Source of the DNA: Thermoplasmata archaeon
GTDB lineage: Archaea > Thermoplasmatota > Thermoplasmata > Lutacidiplasmatales > UBA184
Reading direction: 5' to 3'
DNA: 64,000 bases
NCBI GenBank assembly: GCA_046704665.1
Contig: JBJKRJ010000048.1
Span: forward strand, 28,829-92,828
Below, piece after piece: positions 49,919-59,452 of the stretch. The notes beneath the pieces were generated by a model. That model did not search any database. It was not told the DNA's origin and saw only the letters and a program-made list of their open reading frames with translations. Made by a program: the position numbers and the translations under genes. Numbering within the stretch: position 1 is the first letter of the stretch; each line of letters opens with the position of its first letter.

Positions 49919-50905
49919 ATGAAATCGCGGCAGCTCGGCCGTTCGGGGCCCCGGGTGTCGGCGCTCGGACTCGGGTGCATGGGGATCTCCCAATCGTACG
50001 GACGGCCGAACGACGCCGAGTCGCGGGCCACGATCGCCCGGGCGCTCGAGCTCGGGATCACGTTCTTCGACACCGCGGACATCTACGGGCCGTACACGAA
50101 CGAGGAGTTCGTGGGACAGGCGCTCCGGGAGCACCGGGACCAGGTAGTCCTGGCGACCAAGTGTGGGTTCGTCCCCGGCGAGGGAGGGGGTGCGAACCGC
50201 ATTGACGGGAGTCCGGAGCACATCCGCGCGGCGTGCGACGCGAGCTTGAAGCGCCTCGGCACACGATGGATCGACCTCTACTACCTTCACCGGGTCGACC
50301 CGAAGACCCCCATCGAAGAGAGCGTGCGCGCGATGGCCGGGCTCGTGAAGGAGGGGAAGGTGCGCCACGTGGGGCTTTCGGAGGTGAGCCCGACGACGCT
50401 CCGGCGGGCCCACGCCGTCCATCCGATCACCGCCGTCCAGAGCGAGTACTCGCTCTGGACCCGGGACCCGGAGGACGGGATCCTTGCGACGTGCCGCGAG
50501 CTCGGGGTGGGTTTCGTGCCGTTCAGCCCACTCGGCCGCGGGATCTGGTCCGGGGCCGTGCGTTCGCTCGAGGAGCTGCCGTCCGACGACTTCCGGCGAG
50601 GGATCCCCCGCTTCCAGGCGGCGAGCCTCGGAAAGAACCTCGACCTGGTGGACCGGTTCGCTCAGCTCGCGGCCGAGAAGGGTTGCACCCCGGCCCAGCT
50701 CGCGCTCGCATGGCTTCTTTCTCGCGGCGAGGACGTGGTGCCGATCCCCGGTACGAAGCGGACGAAGTACCTGGAGGAGAACGTCGGGGCGGTCGACGTC
50801 GGGCTCTCGCGGGACGACCTCGCCCGTATCGAGGCGACCGTGCCTCGCGCGTCGATCGCGGGAGAGCGATACTCTCCCGAGAGCTTCGCCCTGGTGGATC
50901 GGTAG
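49919..50905 (+). CDS. Aldo/keto reductase.
   Basis: ATG at 49919. Motifs [34 protein letters not shown] of the AKR family. Confidence 0.85.
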   Translation: MKSRQLGRSGPRVSALGLGCMGISQSYGRPNDAESRATIARALELGITFFDTADIYGPYTNEEFVGQALREHRDQVVLATKCGFVPGEGGGANRIDGSPEHIRAACDASLKRLGTRWIDLYYLHRVDPKTPIEESVRAMAGLVKEGKVRHVGLSEVSPTTLRRAHAVHPITAVQSEYSLWTRDPEDGILATCRELGVGFVPFSPLGRGIWSGAVRSLEELPSDDFRRGIPRFQAASLGKNLDLVDRFAQLAAEKGCTPAQLALAWLLSRGEDVVPIPGTKRTKYLEENVGAVDVGLSRDDLARIEATVPRASIAGERYSPESFALVDR

Positions 50906-50987
50906 GAACCCGTCCTCGGGGCGACGGTTCGCCGTGTCAAGTCGGGCCGACGGCCGCTTCTTGAGCCCACCACCGGGTCTTGGGGCC

Positions 50988-51347
50988 ATGGCAGCTCACG
51001 TGATGTTCGCCACCCTCGACGTGAGGGGGCAGTTGACAGGGATCGGGCGCGCGCATCGGCTCGCCCGCGCGACGGTCGAGGACGGCAGACTGGTCGATTG
51101 GCAGGAAACGGAAGTGAAGTGGGACGAGTCCCACGATCTCGAGGGCGAGGGAAACCATCACGCGAGCATCGCGAAGTACCTCCTGGCCGAGAAGGCGACG
51201 GAGCTCGTCGCCGCCGGCGCCGGGCCGGGGATGCGCCTCATGCTCGAGAAGATGGGACTCCGTGTCATCCTCGCGTCGGGAACGGCTCGGGAGACCGTCA
51301 CGGCGCTCGCCCGCCTTCCGCGCTCCGTCCCCGCCGCGAGCGCGTAG
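50988..51347 (+). CDS. Dinitrogenase iron-molybdenum cofactor (NifX/NifB-like) domain protein.
   Basis: ~119 aa. MFATLDV..LGRAHRLARA..HASIAKYLLAEKATELVAAGAGPGMRLMLEKMGLRVILASG matches the Nitro_FeMo-Co small-protein family. Confidence 0.55.
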   Translation: MAAHVMFATLDVRGQLTGIGRAHRLARATVEDGRLVDWQETEVKWDESHDLEGEGNHHASIAKYLLAEKATELVAAGAGPGMRLMLEKMGLRVILASGTARETVTALARLPRSVPAASA

Positions 51348-51471
51348 GGCCCGATCGCCTCGCGCCGGCGGGGACCCGATCCTCGGGTGCGGTGCGACGG
51401 TGGTGACCGATCTCGAGAGGTCGTGGGGTGGGGCAACCGCTTAGGTCGGCCGTGACTCGCCCGCGGCGCGC

Positions 51472-51921
51472 ATGACCCCACGCAAGGTGACCGCCGCCGT
51501 GCGGATCCGACCGTACCTCCCCGGAGACTACGCGAAGGTACGTCGCCTCTGGAAGGGGGCCGGTCTGCATGACAGCCCCTCCGACCGACGGAAGGAGCTC
51601 GAGCGGGAGCGGCGGCGCGACCCGGACCTGTTTCTCGTGGCCGAGTGCCAGGGGACCCTGGTCGGGGCGGTCCTGGGCCGGTTCGACGGACGTCTCGGAT
51701 GGGTCAACCACCTCGCCGTCACGCAGGCCTCCCGGCGGCTCGGCATCGGCCGTCAGCTCATGGCAGACCTCGAGAGGAGGCTTCGGGCCAAGGGATGCCC
51801 CAAGGTCAATCTCCAGGTCGAACCCACGAACGAAGCAGCGTGCGGGTTCTACGAGCATCTCGGCTACCGTCGCCGGGAGCTCATCTTCATGGAGCGGTGG
51901 TTGCGGGGCGGACGGCCGTAA
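51472..51921 (+). CDS. GNAT family N-acetyltransferase.
   Basis: Motifs A/B: HLAVTQASRRLGIGRQLMADLERRL..GFYEHLGY. Confidence 0.75.
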   Translation: MTPRKVTAAVRIRPYLPGDYAKVRRLWKGAGLHDSPSDRRKELERERRRDPDLFLVAECQGTLVGAVLGRFDGRLGWVNHLAVTQASRRLGIGRQLMADLERRLRAKGCPKVNLQVEPTNEAACGFYEHLGYRRRELIFMERWLRGGRP

Positions 51922-51961
51922 CGGCCCACTCGGACCCCTCGATCGCCGGAAGGAGGGCCGC

Positions 51962-53005
51962 TCAGGCCCGCGTGCGACCCATCGAGTACTCGTGCACGAA
52001 GTCGGTGAGCGCGCCCACGCACTCGGCCCGGGCCTCGGGGGGTACACCGTGTCCCAGGTTGAAGACATGGCCGCGGCCGTCCGGCAGTTCGTCGAGGACC
52101 TCGCGCGCGAGACGGCGGACCGTCGGAACGTCCGTCGTCAGCGCGGTCGGGTCCAGGTTTCCCTGGAGCGTCACGGTGCTCCCGGCCTGGCGCCGCACCC
52201 AACCGAGAGGGACCCTCCAGTCGACGCCGAGGGCGGTCGCGTGGGAGGCGGCGGCCAGGTCGACGAGATGCACCGAGGCCGTGCTGAAGTAGATCGTCGG
52301 CGCCCCGAGCGGCTCGAGCGCATCGAAGATCCTCTGCAGCCGTGGTAGGATCATCGTCTCGAACGCGGAGCGGGGAAGCTGACCGACCCAGGTGTCGAAC
52401 AGCTGGAGCGCCTCCGCTCCCGCCCGGGCCTGCAGGCGGAGGTAGTCGATCGTCACCTCCGTGAGCCGGTCGAGCAGGCGAGCGAAGCCGGCGGGATCGG
52501 AGTGCAGCCAGCCCCGGGTCGCGGCGAAATCGCGCGAGGCGCCGCCCTCGACGAGGTAGCTCGCGAGCGTGAACGGGGCGCCGGCGAACCCGAGGATCGG
52601 CCGGTCGGGCCGGAGCTGGCGGAACCGACGGATCGCCTCGGCGACGAACCCGGCGTCGCGCTCGGCGTCGAAGGGGCGCAGCCGATCGACCGCCTCCGGG
52701 GTCCGCACCGGCGGCGAGACGACCGGTCCGACCCCCGGGTCGATGCGAAACTCGACCCCGAGACCGAAGTAGGGGACCGTGATGTCGGCGAAGACGACCG
52801 CGGCGTCGAGGTCGAACCGCTCGAGCGGCTCGATCGTGACCTGCGCGGCGAGCTCGGGGGTCCGGGCGATCTCGAGGATCTCGTGCTTCTTTCGCAGCTC
52901 CCGGTACCCCGGGAGGTGGCGGCCGGCCTGCCGCATGAGCCAGATCGGGACCGCGTCGACCGGCTCCCCGCGGAGGGCGCGCACAAGCCGTTCGCGTCGG
53001 TCCAT
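51962..53005 (-). CDS. hemE: Uroporphyrinogen decarboxylase.
   Basis: N-terminal PIWLMRQAGRHLPGYRELR (URO-D signature 1) and overall UroD family match. 347 aa. Confidence 0.85.
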   Translation of the reverse strand: MDRRERLVRALRGEPVDAVPIWLMRQAGRHLPGYRELRKKHEILEIARTPELAAQVTIEPLERFDLDAAVVFADITVPYFGLGVEFRIDPGVGPVVSPPVRTPEAVDRLRPFDAERDAGFVAEAIRRFRQLRPDRPILGFAGAPFTLASYLVEGGASRDFAATRGWLHSDPAGFARLLDRLTEVTIDYLRLQARAGAEALQLFDTWVGQLPRSAFETMILPRLQRIFDALEPLGAPTIYFSTASVHLVDLAAASHATALGVDWRVPLGWVRRQAGSTVTLQGNLDPTALTTDVPTVRRLAREVLDELPDGRGHVFNLGHGVPPEARAECVGALTDFVHEYSMGRTRA

Positions 53006-54309
53006 CAGCCGCCCCGCAGGGAGGAGAACCCCGCCCTCGCGGCCCGCTTAAGGAGGTTGATCTCATGGGCGCCGATCGCCGTCGACACGAACGCCGTCTC
53101 GAGCGGGGACGGGGGGAGGTAGACCCCCTGGGCCAGCAGGGCGTGGAAGAACCGGGCGTACCGCGGTCGGTCGACCCGGAGCGCCTCCCGGTAGTTCTCC
53201 GGCGAGTCCGGCCCGAAGAAGACCCCGAGCATCGAGCCGATCCGCCGCAGATGGAACGAGCCCACGCCGGCCTCCGCCGCGGACCGGGTCCAGGCCGTCT
53301 CGATCTCGGCGGCCCGCTCCTCGAGCCGGCGGTACAGGGCCGGTGTCAGCGCATCGAGGGTCGCAGCGCCGGCGGCCATGACGAGGGGGTTCCCGGAGAG
53401 CGTGCCGGCCTGGTAGACCGGGCCGAGCGGGGCGACCCTCTCCATGACCTCCCGGCGCCCGCCGTACGCCCCGATCGGGAGCCCGCCGCCGATCACCTTC
53501 CCGAACGTGACGAGGTCGGCATGTACCCCGAGCTCCGAGTGGATCGTCCCCCGGCGCAGGCGGAAGCCGGTGATCACCTCGTCGGCGATGAGAAGTGCTC
53601 CGGACCGGTGGCAGAGCCGTTCGAGGCCGGGAAGGAAGCGGGGGGTCGGAGGAACCAGGTTCATGTTCGCCGCGATCGGCTCCACGACGACCCCGGCGAT
53701 CTCCCCTTCGTGGGCGTCGAAGAGCGCCGAGGTCGCATCGAGGTCGTTGAACGGAGCGACGAGGGTGTCGCTCACGATCGACGCGGGGACCCCGGCCGAG
53801 TCGGCGATCGCCGCCGTCGCGACCCCCGAGCCCGCGCGCGCGAGCAGGCCGTCCGAGTGACCGTGGTAGCCTCCCTCGAACTTGACGACCTTCGCACGCC
53901 CGGTGTAGCCGCGGGCCGCTCGGACCGCCGACATGACCGCCTCGGTGCCCGAGTTCACGAACCGGAGGAGGTCGATCGAGGGCACCGCCGCGCGGATCCG
54001 TTCGGCGAGCTCGTGTTCCGATGGGGTCGGAGCCCCGTAGCTCGTGCCCCGCCCCGCGGCGCGTTGGATCGCCCGGACGACGGACGGCGGTGCGTGCCCG
54101 AGCAGGGCCGCTCCCCAGGAACCGACGAGGTCGACGAACCGATGCCCGTCCAGGTCCCAGAGGTAGGCGCCCTTCCCCCGTTGGAAGAAGATCGGCGTCC
54201 CTCCGACCGCTCCGAACGAGCGCACGGGGCTGTCGACCCCGCCGACCAGGCTCTTCCGGGCCCGGTGGAACGCGCGCCGGGACTCCGGGAGGCCGGTCCG
54301 GCGCGTCAC
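53005..54309 (-). CDS. hemL: Glutamate-1-semialdehyde 2,1-aminomutase.
   Basis: GTG start at 54309 overlapping the hemQ stop. Motifs GGVDSPVRSF..FEGGYHGHSDGLLA..LIADEVITGFR..TFGKVIGGGLPIGAYGG (PLP lysine). Confidence 0.85.
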   Translation of the reverse strand: MTRRTGLPESRRAFHRARKSLVGGVDSPVRSFGAVGGTPIFFQRGKGAYLWDLDGHRFVDLVGSWGAALLGHAPPSVVRAIQRAAGRGTSYGAPTPSEHELAERIRAAVPSIDLLRFVNSGTEAVMSAVRAARGYTGRAKVVKFEGGYHGHSDGLLARAGSGVATAAIADSAGVPASIVSDTLVAPFNDLDATSALFDAHEGEIAGVVVEPIAANMNLVPPTPRFLPGLERLCHRSGALLIADEVITGFRLRRGTIHSELGVHADLVTFGKVIGGGLPIGAYGGRREVMERVAPLGPVYQAGTLSGNPLVMAAGAATLDALTPALYRRLEERAAEIETAWTRSAAEAGVGSFHLRRIGSMLGVFFGPDSPENYREALRVDRPRYARFFHALLAQGVYLPPSPLETAFVSTAIGAHEINLLKRAARAGFSSLRGG

Positions 54310-55151
54310 GGAAGCCCGGCCGCGAGATCGAGGACGCGTCGGGGCGGGGCCGCCACGCACGTGAAGATCGGGGTCTCGAGCGCCGTGTACCGGCTCGCCT
54401 CCGAGGGGCGGAGCGCCTCGACGAGATCGAGGAACTCGGCGGGCGAGTCGCCTTCGAACGCGAGGATGAACTCCGGGTCGTCGAGCCCGAAGGAGTAGCC
54501 CGTGTGGATCTGGACCTCCGGGAAGCGGTGGCCGATCCGGAAGTGCTCGCCCATGATGCGGCGTCGCTCCTCGAACGGGACCGAGTACCACTCCCGCTTC
54601 TTCACGAACGGATAGACGAAGAGGTACCGCTTGCCGATCGGCCGGACGGTCCCCTCCTCCTGGCCGCCGTGGCCGTGCCCTCCCAGGTACTCCGAGCGCC
54701 GCCCCATCCCGAGGTAGGCGAACGGGAACTCAAGGTACCCCCCGGCGCCCCCTCCCCACAGGCGCGCCTCGAACTCCTGGAACGCCTCGAGGCGGGGGCT
54801 CGTCATCCAGAAGAGGCCGTGGACCCCGGCCCTCGTCCCGACGAGCGAGTAGGTGCGCAGCGCGAGGTCGGAGGGCAGGTCGGTCGTGCGGCGCTCGAGG
54901 TCCGCGAGGTCCCGGGTGCGCTCTTCGACCGGGCGCCGGCGCCATTCCGGGCGGAGATGCCAGAACAGGTACCGCACGAAGTCCCGCGGCCCCTCCCCCG
55001 AGGTGCCCGGGGCGGCGCCCGGCGACTCGGTCACGAGGTTCCCTCCGGGGGAGGCGGCAGTTCCCCCGCGAAGTAGGTCAGGATGAGGCTCGCACCGGCC
55101 CGCCGGATCGCCCCCAGGGTCTCCTGCGCGACGGCCGAGGCATCCAGCCAT
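54306..55151 (-). CDS. hemQ: Chlorite-dismutase family protein, HemQ (coproheme decarboxylase)-like.
   Basis: Family signature KRYLFVYPFVKKREWYSVPFEERRRIMGEHFRIG..SFGLDDPEFILAFEGDSPAEFLDLVEALRPSEASRYT..TPIFTCV. The N-terminal ~40 aa of the track ORF are G/P-rich, so the true start may be internal. Confidence 0.75.
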   Translation of the reverse strand: MAGCLGRRAGDPGGDPAGRCEPHPDLLRGGTAASPGGNLVTESPGAAPGTSGEGPRDFVRYLFWHLRPEWRRRPVEERTRDLADLERRTTDLPSDLALRTYSLVGTRAGVHGLFWMTSPRLEAFQEFEARLWGGGAGGYLEFPFAYLGMGRRSEYLGGHGHGGQEEGTVRPIGKRYLFVYPFVKKREWYSVPFEERRRIMGEHFRIGHRFPEVQIHTGYSFGLDDPEFILAFEGDSPAEFLDLVEALRPSEASRYTALETPIFTCVAAPPRRVLDLAAGLP

Positions 55152-56044
55152 CCGCGGGCCGCGGCCGCGAGGACCATGGCGTACTCACCGCTCACCTGGA
55201 ACGCCGCGATCGGGAGATCGAACCTCGCCCGGGCCGCCGCGATGATGTCGAGGTACGGAAGGGCGGGCTTCACCATCAGGATGTCCGCTCCCTCGGCCGC
55301 GTCGAGGGCGAGCTCGCGCAACGCCTCGGTGCGGTTCCGCGGGTCCATCTGGTAGCCCTTTCGGTCCCCGAAGGCGGGCGCCGAGCCGGCGGCGTCGCGG
55401 AACGGGCCGTAGAAACCGGAAGCGAACTTCGCGGCGTACGCGAGGATGCCGACCTCGCGATGGCCGGCCCCATCGAGCGCGGACCGGAGGGAGGCGACCT
55501 GATGGTCCATCATCGCGCTCGGTGCGACCAGGTCCGCGCCGGCCGAGGCATAGGCGACCGCGGTCCGTCCGAGCAAGGGAAGCGTCCGGTCGTTGTCGAC
55601 CCGTCCTCCGACGACCACTCCGCAGTGCCCGTGGTCGGTGTACTCGCACAAACAGACGTCCGCGATCACCGTGACATCCGGTGCCGCTGCTTTGATCGCC
55701 CGGATCGCGCGGGGAACCGGCCCCGCCTCCTCCCACGCGCCCGTGCCCTCGGGATCCTTCCGGGACGGAATGCCGAAGAGAACCACCGCTCGGACCCCGT
55801 GGCCCCGCAGACGGACGACCTCTTCGACCGTCGCGTCGACCGAGCGACGGGCGAGTGCCGGGAGCTCCGGCGAAGCTCCGCCCTCCACGCGCTCCGCGAC
55901 GAACAGCGGTCGGATCAAGTGGGCGACCGAGACATCCGACTCCGCGACCAGGTCCCGGATCGATGCCTTGGCGCGCAGGCGACGGGGTCGATGCACGGTC
56001 GCCCCGGGCTCACCGGCGTCTGCGGGAGAGGCCCTGTGAGGCAT
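55031..56044 (-). CDS. hemB: Porphobilinogen synthase (delta-aminolevulinate dehydratase).
   Basis: ATG at 56044. Active-site region VTVIADVCLCEYTDHGHCG and Schiff-base lysine region ADILMVKPALPYLD. The longer track ORF upstream is R/S-rich. Confidence 0.85.
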   Translation of the reverse strand: MPHRASPADAGEPGATVHRPRRLRAKASIRDLVAESDVSVAHLIRPLFVAERVEGGASPELPALARRSVDATVEEVVRLRGHGVRAVVLFGIPSRKDPEGTGAWEEAGPVPRAIRAIKAAAPDVTVIADVCLCEYTDHGHCGVVVGGRVDNDRTLPLLGRTAVAYASAGADLVAPSAMMDHQVASLRSALDGAGHREVGILAYAAKFASGFYGPFRDAAGSAPAFGDRKGYQMDPRNRTEALRELALDAAEGADILMVKPALPYLDIIAAARARFDLPIAAFQVSGEYAMVLAAAARGWLDASAVAQETLGAIRRAGASLILTYFAGELPPPPEGTS

Positions 56045-56798
56045 CGCCGAGCGACTTCTCAAGCAACTTTGTAAAGCCTTCCTCGGAACTTTCCTTCGGG
56101 GAGTCGACCCGACGGATCCCGCTCGCGCGCATCGCGCGGGCCGTACGCGCTCCCATCGCATACCCCCGGACCGTCCCACGGTATCGGAGGAATACCGCCC
56201 TCCCCACCATCCTTCGGAAGCCGACGAGCGCTGAGGGGCTCGTGACGATCCAGACCGGTATCGAGCCGACCGACTCCCGCCGGCGTCGGGGAAGCGGCGC
56301 AGCCTCCCGGGTGCGATAGACGATACGGTCCACCACACGGGCCCCGCGGGCCCGGAGCCGCCGGGCGAGATCCGGCCCGGCGCGGTCCGAACGCAGGTAG
56401 ACGACACGTCGTCCTCGAACCGGTCCGACCCCGGCGAGCAGCGCGGTCGCGCCACCTCGGCCCACCCGCGCGATGTGGGGGACACCCGCGCCCCGAAGCG
56501 CGCGGGCGCTCTCGGGTCCGACCGCGATCAGCTCCGGCATGGTTCGCAACCGTCGCATCCACTCCGGGTGCGCGGCGAGGAAGGTCGTGACGACGGCCCG
56601 ACTGGTGACGATCCACAGATCGCCGGGGGGACGCTCTCTGAGCCAGCTCGGAACGGACCCGACCGACACCGGTTCGGTCCAGATCGCGCGCAGCCGTACG
56701 GGTCTCCACCCGCGACGGGCGAGCCGTCGCTCGAGGGCGACGAGCGATCCCGGGGAGGCGATGAGCGCGATGCGCCGGTCGGTCGCGGAGCGCGTCAC
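56010..56798 (-). CDS. hemD: Uroporphyrinogen-III synthase.
   Basis: 262 aa with HemD-family two-lobe repeats. It lies between hemC and hemB, and its stop overlaps the hemB start. Confidence 0.7.
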   Translation of the reverse strand: MTRSATDRRIALIASPGSLVALERRLARRGWRPVRLRAIWTEPVSVGSVPSWLRERPPGDLWIVTSRAVVTTFLAAHPEWMRRLRTMPELIAVGPESARALRGAGVPHIARVGRGGATALLAGVGPVRGRRVVYLRSDRAGPDLARRLRARGARVVDRIVYRTREAAPLPRRRRESVGSIPVWIVTSPSALVGFRRMVGRAVFLRYRGTVRGYAMGARTARAMRASGIRRVDSPKESSEEGFTKLLEKSLGDASQGLSRRRR

Positions 56799-57712
56799 GG
56801 TCCTGCGCGACGTCCGGGGAGGAGGTCGGAGGCGCCCCCGACCTCGGCGAGCCGTCGGCCGACCTCTTCTCCCGTCCTCTGGGCTCGGGCGGAGGGGCTA
56901 CGAAGGGAGAACGACACCCGGCGCCGTCCGTCGGGGGAGAACAGGGAGGCCCGGAGGAAGAGCCGGCCGGAGCGGACACGCCCGAGGGCACCGAGGGGAA
57001 GGTTACAGTCCCCACCGAGCGAGGAGACGACGGCCCGCTCGGCCTCGACCTCCTGCCGGGTCGGTCGGTGATCGATCCGTTCGACCGTCCGCCGGGCGAA
57101 CCGATCTCCTGTGCGCACCTCCACCGCGAGCGCGCCCTGGCCGGGCGCCGGGAGCCATCGGGGCGGCCCGAGATACTCGGAGATCCGGTCGTGCCAGCCG
57201 AGGCGAAGGAGCCCGGCCGCGGCGAGGACCACGCCGTCCAGTCCCTGGATCCCGATCTTTTCGATGCGGGTACCGATGTTGCCACGGACCGGAACGACCT
57301 CAAGGTCGGGCCGCTCCCGAAGGATCTGCGCTCTCCGACGCACGCTGCTCGAGCCGATACGGGCCCCCCGCGGAAGCGTGGCGAGCGTCCCCGGACCTCG
57401 TAGGACCACACAGTCCCGAGGGTCGCCGCGCCGGGGATAGGCCCCTACCTCCACCCGACGGGCGGGGCGCGCCGGCAGGTCCTTCGAACTGTGCACCGCG
57501 AGATCGACCTCCCCGTCCTCGAGGCGGCGGTCGATCGCATCGGTGAAGTCGAGGGTCGGGCTCGTCCGGCGCACCCGATCCCCTGCGGTGCGGAGGAGCA
57601 CGGTCTCGTAGGTGACGTCGGGCGCCGCCCGCCGGAGCGCGCGGAGCACGAGCTCCGTCTGGGTGACCGCGAGAACGCTCGACCGCGTGCCGACGCGGAG
57701 CCGTTCGGTCAC
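56795..57712 (-). CDS. hemC: Hydroxymethylbilane synthase (porphobilinogen deaminase).
   Basis: RVGTRSSVLAVTQT..VHSSKDLP..GNIGTRIEKI..GQGALAVEVR and the cofactor Cys in GGDCNLPLG. Confidence 0.85.
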   Translation of the reverse strand: MTERLRVGTRSSVLAVTQTELVLRALRRAAPDVTYETVLLRTAGDRVRRTSPTLDFTDAIDRRLEDGEVDLAVHSSKDLPARPARRVEVGAYPRRGDPRDCVVLRGPGTLATLPRGARIGSSSVRRRAQILRERPDLEVVPVRGNIGTRIEKIGIQGLDGVVLAAAGLLRLGWHDRISEYLGPPRWLPAPGQGALAVEVRTGDRFARRTVERIDHRPTRQEVEAERAVVSSLGGDCNLPLGALGRVRSGRLFLRASLFSPDGRRRVSFSLRSPSARAQRTGEEVGRRLAEVGGASDLLPGRRAGP

Positions 57713-58995
57713 GAACCGGGGTCGGGCTCTCGCAGTATCTCAAGTACTCGGCGACGCAACCGGTCCGCCTCGGGGCCCGGGGGAAGCGCACGCAGCTCCT
57801 CCGTGGGGCCCGACAGGAGCCGACGGACCAGGCGGTCCGAGAGTCGCTCCATCGCCACCCGTGCCTCCTCCGAGAGCTCCCCCGCATGGGCCAGCGCCCG
57901 CACGAGCTCCTCCCGACGGACCTCGTCGCCACGGCGTCGGAGGTCCGTGACCCACGGCTCGACCGCCTCCCGGGCGAACTGCGCCGCGCTTTCCGAGGAC
58001 GAGGCGTCCGCGGCGCGACGGATCGCGTCGAGCCGGTGCTCGGGTAGCCGGCCCCGCGGGAGCCCGTCGAGGTCGACGAGCTCCGCGCCGGGCCGCCGAC
58101 CGACCCGCGGATCGATGTTCCGGGGCACTCCCAGGTCCACGAACCAGCGGGGGCCACGGTACGGGTCGGCCGGCAGCTCTGCCATCCCGAGAACCCGTCC
58201 GGTCGACTTCGCCGCCGTGACCACCGCGCTCGCCTCCGCGAGGGCTTGGACCATCGCCTCCGAGGGGAGGACGCTGAGATGCCACTGCTCGGTCCACTGG
58301 GGGTCGGGGGGCCGGTGGCGGTACAGCACCGTGACCTCGGCGATCTCCGCGACCCTCTCGGCGACCTTGCGTCCGACCGTTCCCGAGCCCACGACGAGGA
58401 CCCGGTGAGGGCCCCCGGTGAGACGAGGTCCCAGCCACTGAACGGCCAGGTCGGCCACCGAGGTCGTCTCGCCACCATCGGTCCGGGGCGGGCTCCGGGC
58501 CGCTGCGAGAAGGAGCGGACGGAGGATCGGGCGGGGGCTGCGGCTCATCACGTTCGAGGCAGCGGACCGCACCTGCTCGCGGATCTCCCGCTCGCCCGAA
58601 GCGATGGAGTCGAGGCCGGAGGAGATCCGGTGGAGGTGGTAGACGACGTCCGCGTCCTCCCGAATCTCCCACGTCCCCGGAGGACCCCATCGCCCCGTGA
58701 AGCGCGCGGCCGCGTCGTGACCCTGCGTCACGACGAGGAGGAGGACCCTTTGGCAGGTACGGAGCAGTGCGGTCTCGAGCACGCGCGGGTCGGAGTCGAA
58801 CTCGTGACGGGCCCGTTCGGGGGTGACCTCCGCAAGGCTCTCCTCGAGCCCGGCAACCCCCAGGCGGGAAAGCCGCCGTTCCAGCGCTACCAAGGAGATC
58901 CGCTCGACCGGTCTCCCCCGGGGCCGGACGGGCTCGGGGCGCGGACCGGGGGCAGGCTGGGAGGCGACCCGGAGCTCCGCCCCACTCCCCGACAT
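57709..58995 (-). CDS. hemA: Glutamyl-tRNA reductase.
   Basis: ISLVALERR..RTCQRVLLLV..HLHRISSGLDSIASGEREI, the NADPH site VLVVGSGTVGRKVAERV and a C-terminal dimerisation helix. Confidence 0.85.
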   Translation of the reverse strand: MSGSGAELRVASQPAPGPRPEPVRPRGRPVERISLVALERRLSRLGVAGLEESLAEVTPERARHEFDSDPRVLETALLRTCQRVLLLVVTQGHDAAARFTGRWGPPGTWEIREDADVVYHLHRISSGLDSIASGEREIREQVRSAASNVMSRSPRPILRPLLLAAARSPPRTDGGETTSVADLAVQWLGPRLTGGPHRVLVVGSGTVGRKVAERVAEIAEVTVLYRHRPPDPQWTEQWHLSVLPSEAMVQALAEASAVVTAAKSTGRVLGMAELPADPYRGPRWFVDLGVPRNIDPRVGRRPGAELVDLDGLPRGRLPEHRLDAIRRAADASSSESAAQFAREAVEPWVTDLRRRGDEVRREELVRALAHAGELSEEARVAMERLSDRLVRRLLSGPTEELRALPPGPEADRLRRRVLEILREPDPGS

Positions 58996-59452
58996 GACCG
59001 AGCGTTGGAGGGCGAACGCCCTTTATTCGGTCCAGTACGAACCGACCGCCCGGTGGGAGGACTACCTTTGGCCCCTCCCTCGGAGACCACGGCGGCCGCG
59101 CGCAGCTCCTTCCATCACAAGCTCTCTCCTGCTCCGGGAGACCTCGGGAACGGTCGGTGCCGAGACCCCTCGGAACGGCCGTCGCAGTCGTTCCCACGGG
59201 GCGCACACGTCTACGGAAGGCTCCCCGAGCCCCCGCACACGTTCGTCAACCGATGGATGGGACGTACGTCGTGATATCGTATGGCACGCGGTGTTCGCGC
59301 CCCTCGCGATCGCGAAAGGCTAAGTACTCGATATTTTACCGACTAAAGCAATTCGACATTCATGATCGCGGTCCCCGTTTCCGAGTCCCGTCGCGCACGT
59401 CGTCCGCTGGGCGATCGGGGTAGGAACGCTCCCTACGAGAACCGGTGAGAGC

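Noticed and set aside
49054-50082. 342-aa minus-strand ORF opposite the aldo/keto reductase.
   Set aside because: It is an antisense artefact (R/P/G-rich). The plus-strand frame has AKR motifs.
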